64,000 nucleotides of DNA from Squalus acanthias (Eukaryota). The notes under the pieces are model-generated. The model was not told where the DNA came from and searched no databases. It saw only the letters and a list, made by a program, of their open reading frames with translations. A program made the position numbers and the translations under genes. Location of the stretch: NCBI GenBank assembly GCA_030390025.1, contig CM059432.1, positions 147,190,001-147,254,000 on the forward strand, written 5' to 3'. Positions 15,001 through 28,357 of this stretch are shown in pieces (positions within the stretch are counted from its first letter, which is position 1; every line of letters starts with the position of its first letter).

Positions 15001-18000
15001 ACTCCATCAACACAGCACTCCATCAACACTGCACTGCATCAACACTGCACTCCATCAACACAGCACTCCATCAACACTGCACTCCATCAACACAGCACTC
15101 CATCAACACTGCACTCCATCAACACTGCACTCCATCAACACAGCACTCCATCAACACAGCACTCCATCAACACTGCACTCCATCAACACTGCACTCCATC
15201 AACACAGCACTCCATCAACACAGCACTCCATCAACACTACACGCCATCAACACTGCACTCCATTAACACTGTGTCCGTCAACACAGCACTTCAACAACAC
15301 AGCACTCCATCAACACTGCACTCCATCAACACTGCGTCCATCAACACTACACTCCATCAACACAGCACTCCATCAAAACTGCACTCCATCAACACTGCGT
15401 CCATCAACACAGCACTAGATCAACACAGCACTCCATCAACACTACACTCCATCAACACAGCACTCCATCAACACAGCACTCCATCAACACAGCACTCCAT
15501 CAACACTGCACTCCATCAACACTGCACTCCATCAACACTGTGTCCATCAACACAGCACTCCAACAACACTGCACTCCATCAACACTGCGTCCATCAACAC
15601 AGCACTCCATCAACACAGCACTCCATCAGCACAGCACTCCATCAACACTGCACTCCATCAACACTGCGTCCATCAACACAGCACTCCATCAACACTGCAC
15701 TCCATCAACACTACACTCCATCAACACAGCACTCCTTCAACACAGCACTCCATCAACACTGTGTCCATCAACACAGCACTCCATCAACACAGCACTCCAT
15801 CAACACAGCACTCCATCAACACAGCACTCCATCAACACAGCACTCCGTCAACACTGCGTCCATCAACACAGCACTCCATCAACACAGCACTCCATCAACA
15901 CTGCGTCCATCAACACAGCACTCCATCAACACTGCACTCCATCAACACTACACTCCATCAACACAGCACTCCTTCAACACAGCACTCCATCAACACTGTG
16001 TCCATCAACACAGCACTCCATCAACACAGCACTCCATCAACACAGCACTCCATCAACACAGCACTCCATCAACACTGCGTCCATCAACACAGCACTCCAT
16101 CAACACTGCACTCCATCAACACTACACTCCATCAACACAACACTCCTTCAACACAGCACTCCATCAACACTGTGTCCATCAACACAGCACTCCATCAACA
16201 CAGCACTCCATCAACACAGCACTCCATCAACACAGCACTCCATCAACACTGCACTCCAGCAACACAGCACTCCATCAACACAGCACTCCATCAACACTGC
16301 ATCCATCAACACTGCACTCCATCAACACTGCGTCCATCAACACTGCACTCCATCAACATAGCACTCCAACAACACAGCACTCAATCAACACTGTGTCCAT
16401 CAAAACAGCGTCCATCAACACTGCACTCCATCAACACTGCACTCCATCAACACAGCACTCCATCAACACAGCACTCCATCAACACAGCACTCCATCAACA
16501 CAGCGTCCATCAACACTGCACTCCATCAACACTGCACTCCATCAACACAGCACTCCATAAACACTGCACTCCATCAACACAGCACTCCATCAACACAGCA
16601 CTCCATAAACACTGCACTCCATCAACACTGCACTCCATCAACACCGCACTCCATCAACACTGCACTCTATCAACACTGCACTCCATCAACACTGCACTCC
16701 ATCAACACTGCACTCCATCAACACTGCACTCCATCAACACTGCGTCCATCAACACTGCACTCCATCAACACTGCGTCCATCAACACAGCACTCCATCAAC
16801 ACAGCACTCCATCAACATAGCACTCCATCAACACAGCTCTCCATCAACACAGCACTCCATCAACACAGCGTCCATCAACACTGCACTCAATCAACACAGC
16901 ACTCCATAAACACTGCTCTCCATCAACACAGCACTCCATAAACACTGCTCTCCATCAACACTGCACTCCATCAACACTGCGTCCATCAACACAGCACTCC
17001 ATCAACACTGCACTCCATCAACACTGCACTCCATCAACACTGCACTCCATCAACACTGCACTCCATCAACACTGCGTCCATCAACACTGCACTCCATCAA
17101 CACTGCGTCCATCAACACAGCACTCCATCAACACTGCACTCCATCAACACAGCACTCCATCAACACTGCGTCCATCAACACTGCGTCCATCAACACTGCA
17201 CTCCATCAACACTGTGTCCATCAACACTGCATCCATCAACACTGCTCTCCATCAACACTGTGTCCATCAACACTGCTCTCCATCAACACTGCGTCCATCA
17301 ACACAGCACTCCATCAACACTGTGTCCATCAACACAGCACTCCATCAACACAGCACTCCATCAACACAGCACTCCATCAACACTGCACTCCATCAACACT
17401 GTGTCCATCAACACTGCGTCCATCAACACTGCACTCCATCAACACTGTGTCCATCAACACAGCACTCCATCAACACAGCACTCCATCAACACAGCACTCT
17501 ATCAACACTGCACTCCATCAACACAGCACTCCATCAACACTGTGTCCATCAACACAGCACTCCATCAACACAGCACTCCATCAACACAGCACTCCATCAA
17601 CACTGCACTCCATCAACACAGCGTCCATCAACACGGCACTCCATCAACACTGTGTCCATCAACACAGCACTCCATCAACACAGCACTCCATCAACACTGC
17701 ACTCCATCAACACAGCACTCCATCAACACTGCGTCCATCAACACTGCACTCCATCAACACAGCACTCCATCAACACAGCACTCCATCAACACAGCACTCC
17801 ATCAACACAGCACTCCATCAACACAGCACTCCATCAACACTGCATCCATCAACACTGTGTCCATCAACACAACGTCCATCAATACTGTGTCCATCAACAC
17901 AGCGTCCATCAACACTGCACTCCATCAACACTGCACTCCATCAACACAGCACTCCATCAACACAGCTCTCCATCAACACAGCACTCCATCAACACTGCAC

Positions 18001-19598
18001 TACATCAACACTGCACTCCATCAACACTGCGTCCATCAACACAGCACTCCATCAACACTGCACTCCATCAACACTGCGTCCATCAACACAGCACTCCATC
18101 AACACAGCACTCCATCAACACTGCACTCCATCAACACTGCGTCCATCAACACAGCACTCCATCAACACAGCACTCCATCAACACAGCACTCCATCAACAC
18201 TGCACTCCATCAACACTGCACTCCATCTACACTGCACTCCATCAACACTGCACTCCATCAACACTGCACTCCATCAACACTGCGTCCATCAACACTGCAC
18301 TCCATCAACACTGCGTCCATCAACACAGCACTCCATCAACACAGCACTCCATCAACACAGCACTCCATCAACACAGCACTCCATCAACACAGCACTCCAT
18401 CAACACAGCACTCCATCAACACAGCGTCCATCAACACTGCACTCAATCAACACAGCACTCCATAAACACTGCTCTCCATCAACACAGCACTCCATCAACA
18501 CAGCACTCCATCAACACTGCACTCCATCAACACTGTGTCCATCAACACAGCACTCCATCAACACTGCACTCCATCAATACAGCACTCCATCAACACTGCA
18601 CTCCATCAACACTGCACTCCATCAACACTGCACTCCATCAACACTGCGTCCATCAACACAGCACTCCATCAACACTGCACTCCATCAACACTGCAGTCCA
18701 TCAACACTGCGTCCATCAACACAGCACTCCATCAACACTGCACTCCATCAACACTGCACTCCATCAACACTGCACTCCGTCAACACAGCGTCCATCAACA
18801 GTGCACTCCATCAACACTGCGTCCATCAACACAGCACTCCATCAACACAGCACTCCATCAACACAGCACTCCATCAACACAGCACTCCATCAACACAGCA
18901 CTCCATCAACACTGCGTCCATCAACACAGCACTCCATCAACACAGCACTCCATAAACACTGCACTCCATCAACACAGCACTCCATCAACACAGCACTCCA
19001 TCAACACAGCACTCCATCAACACAGCACTCCATCAACACAGCGTCCATCAACACTGCACTCCATCAACACTGCACTCCATCAACACAGCACTCCATAAAC
19101 ACTGCACTCCATCAACACAGCACTCCATCAACACAGCACTCCATAAACACTGCACTCCATCTACACTGCACTCCATCAACACCGCACTCCATCAACACTG
19201 CACTCCATCAACACAGCACTCCATCAACACTGCACTCCATCAACACTGTGTCCATCAACACTGCACTCCATCAACACAGCACTCCATCAACACTGCACTC
19301 CATCAACACTGCGTCCATCAACACTGCACTCCATCAACACTGCACTCCATCAACACTGCACTCCATCAACACTGCACTCCATCAACACTGCACTCCATCA
19401 ACACAGCACTCCATCAACACAGCACTCCATCAACACTGCACTCCATCAACACAGCACTCCATCAACACTGCACTCCATCAACACTGCACTCCATCAACGC
19501 AGCACTCCATCAACACTGTGTCCATCAACACTGCACTCCATCAACACTGTGTCCATCAACACTGCACTCCATCAACACTGCACTCCATCAACACTGCA
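1..19598. repeat. Large tandem array (>=19.6 kb, runs off the left edge) of a 16-bp unit ACTCCATCAACACWGC interspersed with 14-bp variants GTCCATCAACACTGY
   Basis: Directly visible throughout; ends abruptly at ...ACACTGCA|TTGGATT (19598). All long + strand ORFs here are artefacts of a stop-free unit. Confidence 0.99.
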
Positions 19599-19703
19599 TT
19601 GGATTATCAGCTTAGATCTTGTACTCACATCCCTGGAGTGTGAATAAAACCCACAACCTTCTGACTCAAGAGGCGAGAATGCTACCACTGAGCCACAGCT
19701 GAT
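19599..19703 (-). mobile_element. 5' tRNA-derived head of a SacSINE1/DeuSINE-type SINE
   Basis: Minus strand reads TCAGCTGTGGCTCAGTGGTAGCATTCTCGCCTCTTGAGTCAGAAGGTTGTGGGTTTTATTCACACTCCAG..., with A box TGGCTCAGTGG and a degenerate B box; it runs directly into the satellite. Family assigned from remembered consensus. Confidence 0.8.
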
Positions 19704-20359
19704 ACATGCTGTGACATCCTCTGGTAATTCTTCACATCCTATCGACAGGAGGCTAATTCATAGCACCAGGGAGGTTTACTGCACAGAAGGGAGACCATTG
19801 TTTCACTGCTGGCTCTTTGCTAGATATTTAGCGACCATGGTTGACTCTCCAAGCTGACGTTGCTGGGCTTTATGGAGTCAGTGCGAGAGTAGCTCATTTG
19901 CACGGGGGATGTAGGTGTACGCGCCACTGTAGGCACATCGCCCTCAGCCCCCTGTGTATGGAGGCTGCTCACTTTATTTCTTCCCTGGCCTGAATCCTCC
20001 CCCGGGGGTCACACTTTAGCCTATCTGGAGGTAGGTACACATCATCTCACCAGATATACTGGCTTAATGGCCGGAATTCCCCCCCCAAAAAAACGGGTGG
20101 GTTTGGAGCGTGGGGGCAGTTAAATTGTTAAAAATGGGATTCCTGACCTGATCCCGCCTCCAACCTGGCCACTTCCGGTTTTGACAGAGGCGGGACGGCG
20201 GGGGGGGGGGGGGGGGGGGGCGGTGGGGGGGTGTCGGGGGGGGCGGGCAACCAACCCGCTCTCAAGGGGCGGTACCTTAATTTAAATATTGTAATGAGGC
20301 TTGAAGCCTCTATTTTCCCCTCCATTTTGAATTTAACTGCCTGTGGACCACGGCTCTTC

Positions 20360-21247
20360 CAGTGACCCTCAAGGTCACCGTGATCCTCAATTTCTTCGCC
20401 AGCAGATCCTTCCAGTCTGCAGCAGGAGACATAGCTAACATCTCCCAGTTCGCTGTCCATCACTACATCTGAGAGGTCACAGAAGCTCTCTACAACAGGA
20501 GAAGGATCTACGTTGTCTTCTTTCTGAACAGAGAGAAGGAAGACCAGTGCGCATATGGCTTTGCCAGGATAGAGGACTTCCCCATGGTGCAGGGCGCCAT
20601 CGACTGCACACACGTGGCTTTGCGGGCACCGTATACCAATCCTCAGATGTTCCGTTACTGCATAGGCTACCACTCACTTAATATGCAGTTGTTGTGCGAC
20701 CACGCCCAGCGCATCATGATGGTGAATGCCCGGTATCCTGGCAGCAGTCATGATGCCTTTATTCTGCGCCAGTCCGGTGTGCCAGCAATCTTCCAGCCAT
20801 CACGTCAAACTTGAGGGTGGCTGCTCGGAGACATGGGCTATCCGCTCTACACCAGGCTGATGACTCCCCTCCGCAACCCCACCACTTGTGGTCAGCACTC
20901 ATATAATGACAGATATGCTGCCACCAGGAATATCATTGAGCAGGCCATCCGGGTGCTAAAGCAAGATTCCGCTGCCTTGACCGCTTGAGAGGAGCCCTCC
21001 AGTACTCGCCGGAGCGTGTGTCCCATTTTGTGTTGGTCTGCTGCATGCTCCACAACTTGGCCATCATGAGGGCGCAGCCCTTGCCACCACGGATTGCAGG
21101 ACTACCTCAGGAGGAGGAGAAGAGGAGGAGGAGGAGGAAGAGGGCGGGGACAAGGACAAGGAAGAGGAGGGACAGAAGAGGCAGGCAGCAAATCCTCGTT
21201 CCGGACGGGCTGTCCGTGACCGACTCATCAGACTCCGATTCCAATGA
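20360..21247 (+). pseudogene. Harbinger (HARBI1-like) DDE transposase pseudogene, 5'-deleted
   Basis: KVTVILNFFAS..FQSAAGDIANISQFAVH, FPMVQGAIDCTHVAL, YPGSSHDAFIL, WLLGDMGY, GALQYSPERV..CCMLHNLA and acidic tail; contains stops and frameshifts. Confidence 0.92.
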
Positions 21248-21417
21248 ATGAAACCCCAGATCCCCGTTGCTCACCACTTCCCCATCTTTCCATCCCTCTG
21301 TCACGGAACCTCACAGCGTCCTCCTGGGCACAAAGCTGAAATGAGAGCCACCACAAAACACACATTCCAAACAAAATTCATAAATTTAGCTGAATCAAAT
21401 CAACCTTACAATATGAA

Positions 21418-23314
21418 CTAACCGCCCTTGTGCAATCCCTTAGTGTCTGTCCTTCGTGTGCCTTTACCTACTCTAGTGCTCCTACGCAGTGCTCCCCCAG
21501 TGGCTGCAGCATAGCTGGTGGAAGGCTGCTGACTTTCAGTGGGGGGACAGTACAGATGGCCTTGTAGGATGACCTCGACCAGCTGTGGACCGAGAAGGCC
21601 CGGCTGTAGACTGCACCACCTCGGCATGGGCGGCAGCAGTCTGGGCTGGCTGGCTGATAGGCAGCGGCAAGGGCAGTGGCGGAGTGGCAGTGGTGGGAGT
21701 AGAAATGCTGAGGCGCTGCCCTGGGGGAGTGGCAGTGGGTCTGTGGAGCAAGAACCTTAGGATGACAGCATTCCTAGTGATCTGTTGGAGGACCTGCTGC
21801 GATACCCTGCAAACCCCTTTCGACACTCGTAAACCCAGCGACGATGGCAGCAGTCTGAGCTTGTGTGGCAGCACTGAGCTGTTGGGTCACTTCTGCCTGT
21901 GCTGCAATGGAAGCCGCGACATCGCCCATCACACCCAGCATCATGGCTGGGTCCACAAGGTCTCTCCTGGAGTTGTCCATCATTTCCATCCTGGAAATCA
22001 AGGGACCAAGCTCTGCGCAAAGCCCCGTCCAATGTTGGAGCCGGACTCCGCCATGCTACTTGACACTGACAAGAGGCTCTCTGGCAGTCTTGCCATTGCA
22101 CCAAGCATTTCCATGTGCATGCCATCAAGCTTCTTCTGAATGCCGCCCCATCGAGTTCATCATCTGAGTTGTGTGCAGCAGAACTCATGTGCGAACTCGC
22201 CCTCCGGGGAGCTGGCACCTGAGCTACTCTCTCCTCCTGGCCTTGCTGCAGTCCACTCGTGCCCGGTGCCTCACCATGTCCAGATCCCGCCTCATTACTA
22301 CACTCTAAATTCCATGGAGTGCCAGTTTCTGAGCTGGTGCGAGTGTCAGATGCAGTGACGGTGTGTCGTCTTCTTCTCCTCCATCACTCTCCTTCACAAC
22401 TTCAGGGACAGGCTGTGCTGGTGGCACTTCTTGGGTATCTGAAAACAGAACAAGGGTTGGGTTGTGGTGAGGGGAGGGGAGGAAAGCAAGGTATCCATGC
22501 ACACACCACCATCAGCAGCTTGTAAGTGAGAAGAGATTGTGGGATGAGGGGGAAGTGGGATGTGAGAAGAAGAATTAGGAATGACCAGACCGTCATCACC
22601 AGCGATGGTTTAAATTTCTCCCGTGGCCATGGACTCTGTCACGGCCCCTCCAGTTATGTCAAGACCGATTCCTCCACGTTAGTGAGGTTCTGTATAGCGG
22701 CTTGGCCGCCTCCCTTCTGCCGCTGCTCCCCCCTGTTCTGAGCCACCTTTGCCTGCAAGAGAAAGGGAAGTGTGTCAGTGAGTGTGGTGCAATGTGTTTG
22801 GGTGAAGTGTGTCAGTGAGTGTGGTGCAATGTGTTTGGGTGATGTGCCTGCCATAGTTGAATAGCTGTCAGTGTGTGCAAGGTGTGAGATGTGCGTGTGA
22901 GTGTTGCAGCAGTGGTAAGGTTGTGAGGGTAAAGTAAAGCCATGATTGTGAGGTTTGAGTGGTGATAGGTGGAGATTGTTGGTAGGTGAGTGCTGGGGGT
23001 GAGGTGCATTGAGCAGTGTGTGAGGCTTGTGGTGCCGATGGTGGGATATGGCATTTGCTGAAGCCTTCACTCACCTTAACCTGCCGTGTGAGGTCATTAA
23101 ACTTTTTTCGGCACTGGATCCAGGTCCTTGGAACCACACTGGCGGCTGTGACGGAGTCAGCTATCTCCTGCCAGAGCCTTCTGCAAGTGGCCTTGGATGG
23201 CTTCCTGCCACCCTGGGGGAACAGGACAGCCCTCCTTCATTGTACGGCCACGTCCAAGGCCTCCAGTGCAGCATCTAAGAACCTTTATGCTCGCTCCCTC
23301 GGTTACTGAGCCAC
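21418..23314 (-). pseudogene. Harbinger Myb/SANT partner pseudogene, 3 exons
   Basis: VPRTWIQCRKKFNDLTRQVK|gtgagt (exon ends 23075); ttgcag|AKVAQNR (from 22752); C-terminus AAHAEVVQSTAGPSR..QQPSTS..LRRSTR matches the 57843-58565 ORF; start codon mutated, stops present. Confidence 0.85.
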
Positions 23315-24084
23315 GTCTTCAGCCAGACTGACAATGAGGTGCTGCTGTAACAAAGCACCTCCCCTTTAAGTAGTGCAGAGAGCCTCGGACAAACATTACT
23401 GGCCGGTAGACCGCACCCGATATTGGCCCCCTCATTGAGCGCTAAGCTCATCACTCCAATCATTAAAATGAACAGGCAGCACGAATGTTGCGTGCTGCCT
23501 GGACCACTTCCAACGGGCGCCAGCAAATAGCGCTGGCCCGTGACACCGCCCGTTTCTGGCCTAATCCAATTTCTCGGCCACATTTTCTTAAACTCAGTAA
23601 TACACTTATTAGGTATGAACTGACACGAAAGGAGACAGGGCCAAGTGTTATGAATGGTAAGCATTTCCCAAGGGATCACTACCACTCCAGGACTCCTTTT
23701 TACGTCCTGTGTTTATCAGTTGAGTGGAGTGGCTGTGATGTCCTGAGATAAATCACTTTGGAACCAGTCTGCTCATTATCATCAGCATCCCTGAGATCAG
23801 GCGAATGTAACAGGGGGGCGGGTGGGGTAGTGGGCCATCTATTTTTCCACAAGCCTACCACAATGCCAGTCAAGAACACATCATTTCATGTTGTGGAAAA
23901 ACTCCAGATGGTACAACAGGGAGAGAGCTTCCCTTCAGGATTCAATCAGAGCACTCTCAGTATTTACGAGTGTGTCACACATGAGAGTTGGTATGTTTTA
24001 CATGCAGGGGAACCTGCCTATTTCCAGTGGATCCATTTGTATGCTGTCTCGGTTCCCTTATAAATCAGATGAGACATGTTACTG

Positions 24085-24314
24085 AAATAAAAACAGAAAA
24101 TGCTGGAAATGCTCAGCAGGTCATGGCGCCATCGGTGGCGAGAGAAACAGAGTTAAAGGTTTCAGGTCGACGACCCTTCATTAGAGTTGGAAGTTGTTAG
24201 CGGTGAACAGCTTTTAAGCAAGTGCAGAGCCAGGGAAAAGAGGCAGGAAAAGAACAAAGGGGAGAGGTCTGTGATAGGGCAGAGGGCAGTAGTGATCCAG
24301 CATTTTCTGTTTCT
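24085..24314. mobile_element. Short Penelope-like/hairpin element, split by the CR1 insertion (remainder at 25646-25668)
   Basis: AAACAGAAAATGCTGGA at 24090 is inverted against TCCAGCATTTTCTGTTT at 24297; continues TTTCAGATTTCCAGCATCTGC after the CR1 tail; carries a degenerate hammerhead core. Confidence 0.55.
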
Positions 24315-24742
24315 ATGAAGAGAGACTGGACAGGCTGGGGTTGTTTTCCTTAGAGCAGAAAAGGCTGAGGGGGGACCTGATTGAGGTGTACAAAATTATG
24401 AGGGGCATAGATAGGGTAGATAGAAAGGAACTTTTCCCCTTAGTAGAGGGGTCAATAACCAGGGGGCATAGTTTCAAGGTAAGGGGCAGGGGGCTTAGAG
24501 GGGATTTGAGGAAAAACTTTTTCACCCAGAGGGTGGTTGGAATCTGGAACTCACTGCCTGAAAGGGTGGTAGAGGCAGGAACCCTCACAACATTCAAGAA
24601 GCATTTAGATGAGCACTTGAAACGCCATAGCATACAAGGCTACGGACCAAGTGCTGGAAAATGGGATTAGAATAGACAGGGCTTGATGGCTGGCGTGGAC
24701 ACGATGGGCCGAAGGGCCTCTTTCTGTGCTGTATAACTCTAT
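24315..24742 (+). mobile_element. CR1 LINE 3' fragment
   Basis: FSLEQKRLRGDLIEVYKI..TRGH..FFTQRVVGIWNSLP; 3' UTR hairpin and ACTCTATG tail (continues at 25636-25646). Confidence 0.93.
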
Positions 24743-25635
24743 GGGGGAGAAATTCAGTATCGCCTCATTTGGGGTGCAATTATCGGCCGGGCGCAAAGAT
24801 TAGCGCCCAACGCTAATTATCGCCACCGACTGCAAACTTGACTTTTATCGCCCCTGGAGGTGAGTGGAGCGCTAAATCAGGCGCTTCACACCTGTCTTAA
24901 GGCGCAAAGGCCGAGGAGCGAGGCGCTACCTCAGAGCGCTGGCGAAGCTCATGTGATGTCAGTCAGCAATGGAACAGACACACAATGGCACGGGCCAGTT
25001 CTTAAAGGAGATGGTTAATCTTGCTTTCGATCCACATCCTGCTTATTGCAGCCTTGAATCTCGGCCTGGAGAGACCTGCACATCAAATCTGCTGGGAAGA
25101 ACAATGGAGAGTACCAGGCAAAGAGCTCAGAGTGCAGCCCCCACAATCTCTTCTAAATCGATACAAGGAATGGCAAATCAAAATGAACCTGCAAAGTGCT
25201 GCTCAGTACCCAAAACTCCTTCACACAACGTTGAATCTCTCCAGAAGTCTCTCTCTCTCTCTCTCAGAATGCGGGGTTCAAAAATTGCACCTACAGTAAA
25301 AGGCAGGAAGCGGTCACCTTTAAATAGTGCTCCCCCAGTCCCTTCCTGACTGCAAAACGCTCCCCTCAACCTGTCGTTGCTAGCGTCAGGCGGTAAGGCA
25401 GGGGGCGCCACTCAATATCCGCTCCGGGGCGATACCGGGGCGTTGCGCACACGACTGACGTCACAATCTGCCGGCGCAGGAGATCATGGCGGTAGTGTTT
25501 AGCGCCGCCGCAAAATGTCTAGTTAATTTCGTGAGCGGCGCAAACATCGCCGCACCCGGGCGCTTGACGCTTTGCGCCCCATTACCGCCCTCTTAAGGCG
25601 CTAACGGGAGGCGCAACCAACTGAATTTTCCCCCC
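24743..25635. mobile_element. Non-autonomous Harbinger (MITE), deletion derivative of the 55876-60075 family
   Basis: TIRs GGGGGAGAAATTCAG / CTGAATTTTCCCCCC; 3-bp TSD TAT; both ends align with the autonomous element ends; retains a Myb-gene start remnant (MESTRQRA). Confidence 0.93.
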
Positions 25636-26372
25636 TATGACTCTATTTCAGATTTCCAGCATCTGCTTTCGAAACATGTTACTGGACGGGATAAAATGCT
25701 ATTCCCATCTCTGTAATGGCCTGTTGCATTGGAGAGTTTTGAATGTTGTTCATATGTCACCATTCAGTGCTCTGCATTCACCTATAGAATTTGAAATTGC
25801 TGTAACACTGTGACCTGGCACACTAGCTGCTAAGGAAAAGCAGTGGAAACACAGAGTTGTCAAAATAGAAGAAATGCCAGATGTGAGATTCTCAGTCGCT
25901 CTGTACCTAAGCTGATGATGCTTGTATAAAATGACATGAACGTCATTAATAGCAGCAAATCTGTCCTATCAGCAGCAGGGGACAGCCAGGTGGGTTTTCA
26001 GAGCATTACTGAACATGACAGGGGAATTCTCCTCCGCCATCTTGCCTGAACTGACGGGATTGCGGCAAAGAATGTTGCAAAATGCCGCCTTCATCAACTG
26101 ATCAGAACTTCCCGCCCCTGCTGGGACTGCCTCTGTCTGCTTCCTCCCTGCTGCCCGCTGCCCGGATTTAAATGGCCAGAGGGAGACGGGGTCCTGAGGT
26201 CCCGGCGGATTTCTCTGCTGTCCGCCGACTTACTTTCACTTTCTGACACCACCACGTGGAAAATGGCAGTCGGCCCCTTCAAAGTCCCTCATGGGATCTT
26301 CGGCTGCTGCCGTTGGTCTCTCCACTGCAGCATTGTGGGAGTTTCCTGGTTGGCACTGGCGGACTTCCTCTT

Positions 26373-27260
26373 ATAGAATCATAGAATCATAGAAGATAGG
26401 AGCAGGAGTAGGCCATTCGGCCCCTCTAGCCATTCAATGCGATCATGGCTGATCATCCAAATTCAGTACCCTGTCCCTGCTTTCTCCCCATATCCCTTGA
26501 TCCCTTTAGCCTTAAGAAATTTATCCAACTCCTTCTTGAATCTATTTCATGAATTGGCCTCTACTGCCTTCTGTGGCAGAGAATTCCACAGGTTCACCAC
26601 TCTCTGGGTGAAGAAATTCCTCCTCATCTCAGTCCTAAATGGCTTACCCCTTATCCTTTGACGGTGATCCCTGGTTCTGGACTCCCCGACCATCGGAAAC
26701 ATCCTTCCTGCATCTAGTTTGTCCTGTCCTGTCAGAATTTTATAAGTTTCAATGAGATCCCCTCTCATTCTTCTAAACTCCAGCGAGTATAAGCCCAATC
26801 GACCCAATCTCTCCTCATACGTTATTCCTGCCATCCTAGGTATCAGCCTTGTGAATCTTCGCTGCACTCCCTCCATGGCAAGAACATCCTTCCTCAGATA
26901 AGGCGACCAAAACTGCACACAGTACTCAAGGTGTGGTCTCACCAAGGCCCTGTACAACTGCAGCAAGACATCCTTGCTCCTGTACTCGAATCCTCTCGCT
27001 ATGAAGGCCAACATACCATTTGCCTTCTTAACCGCCTGCTGCACCTGCATGCTTACCTTCAGCGACTGGTGCACAAGGACACCCAGGTCTCGTTGCACTT
27101 CCCCTTCTCCCAATCTATTGCCATTCAGATAATAATCTGCCTTCCTGTTTTTGACACTAAAGTGGATAACCTCGCATTTATCCACGTTATATTGCATCTG
27201 CCACGCTTCTGCCCACTCACCCAACCTGTTCAAATCATACTGGAGTTTCTCGGCATTTCT
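26373..27260 (-). mobile_element. CR1 LINE 3' fragment
   Basis: LQYDLNRLGEWAEAWQMQYNVDKC..RPHLEYCVQFWSPYL..RGDLIETYKI; (ATAGAATC)n tail. Confidence 0.95.
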
Positions 27261-28357
27261 TGATGGAGAGAATCTCAGCTCGGGTCCGTTTTGTACGTCT
27301 AACGAGCCCTGACCTAGGCTAATGGGTTGGAGCTGCGGCGGACATAGAGGAACAGCCGGAAGTACTGCTGTGCTGCAACTTAACCCCGAAGAGGAAAATT
27401 CAGGCCCAACTATTTCTTTCTTTTTCCGCTCTGTAAACCGGACGGCCATGCAGTCAATGGCCAGCATTGGATGACATCTCCTCAGTACACCTTTGCTTCT
27501 TTATGGAGTTCTGAGCAAGACAGAAATATATGCTTCGCCTATTGCTTTCAGTGTAATGTGCTTGGGATACTTTGTCTCGTTGGCTGTTGCTTTTCAAGGA
27601 AAGCAACATATTGGGGTTTAACTAGCTTGACCATTCTGGTTGTAATGGCCTAAAACTCTTCTAAATGCCTGATGGTCTGAGTCCCGGCCTTATATCAGTG
27701 TACCTGGGATGGCTTTGTGGGAGCACAACCTCCACACACTCCTGGAAGGCCACCCACATAAATGGGACTTGCGATGGGGGCAGGAAGCCCCTAATTCAGA
27801 AGTTCAGGAATTCAGCCTGGCCCTCTATCGGGACCCAGTGTTCTGCTCTCACTAGGTGGACCTCATCAACATCTCGGAAGAAGTGGGTCGAGGCTGGTAT
27901 CAGGACAAGAATTTTTTTTTAAAATATATCTTTAAAATGTCCCCTGCAGGGGGGCAACATCCTTACCTTTACATGGGGAGGGGAGGAACCGTCACCTCCA
28001 TCCACCCCCCCCCCCCACCGCCCCCCCCCCCCCACCCCGTCCCAGCAATGTTTCCAGCCTCTTTGGTGGGGTGGGGGAACAGCAGATACATCCCCAAACT
28101 GCTAAAGACCCACTCTCTCGGCCTTTCCCGCTGATCCCACCAACTTTGGCGGGGTCAGTGCCAGAGTTCACCAGCGGACGGGGCGAACTTGGCGTAACTG
28201 CCAGGATCAAGTCTTCAATGAATTTCCGGGCCACATTTATTTCAGGCACCCATTGACAACAATAATAGACCATTGAGCATTGATCGACCAGTTATAAGTC
28301 AGCTCCGAGAGTTTAATTTAACTCCTTCAAAACCCAGAAACTATAGAGTAAAGCTAT

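Larger units (their letters stand above)
20069..23579. mobile_element. Decayed PIF/Harbinger transposon (copy A) with convergent transposase and Myb/SANT pseudogenes
   Basis: Ends GGCCGGAATT.. and ..AATTTCTCGGCC; internal genes homologous to the element at 55876-60075. No clean TSD, so boundaries are approximate. Confidence 0.8.

Noticed and set aside
1..19598. CRISPR-like or telomeric array
   Set aside because: No unique spacers, no cas genes, not TTAGGG; eukaryotic context.
31..19643. Giant ORFs up to 3204 aa (SINTALHQH/TPSTLH repeats)
   Set aside because: The unit has no + strand stop in any frame and 16/14 bp is not a codon multiple, so all three frames give the same peptide; these are satellite artefacts.
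19640..19700. tRNA genes (also 40190-40215, 40740-40825)
   Set aside because: These are SINE heads with A/B boxes but no full cloverleaf.
20197..20245. Long G/C homopolymer runs (also 28004-28033, 29844-29858)
   Set aside because: Internal to GC-rich MITE-like ends; lengths are unreliable and no function is supported.
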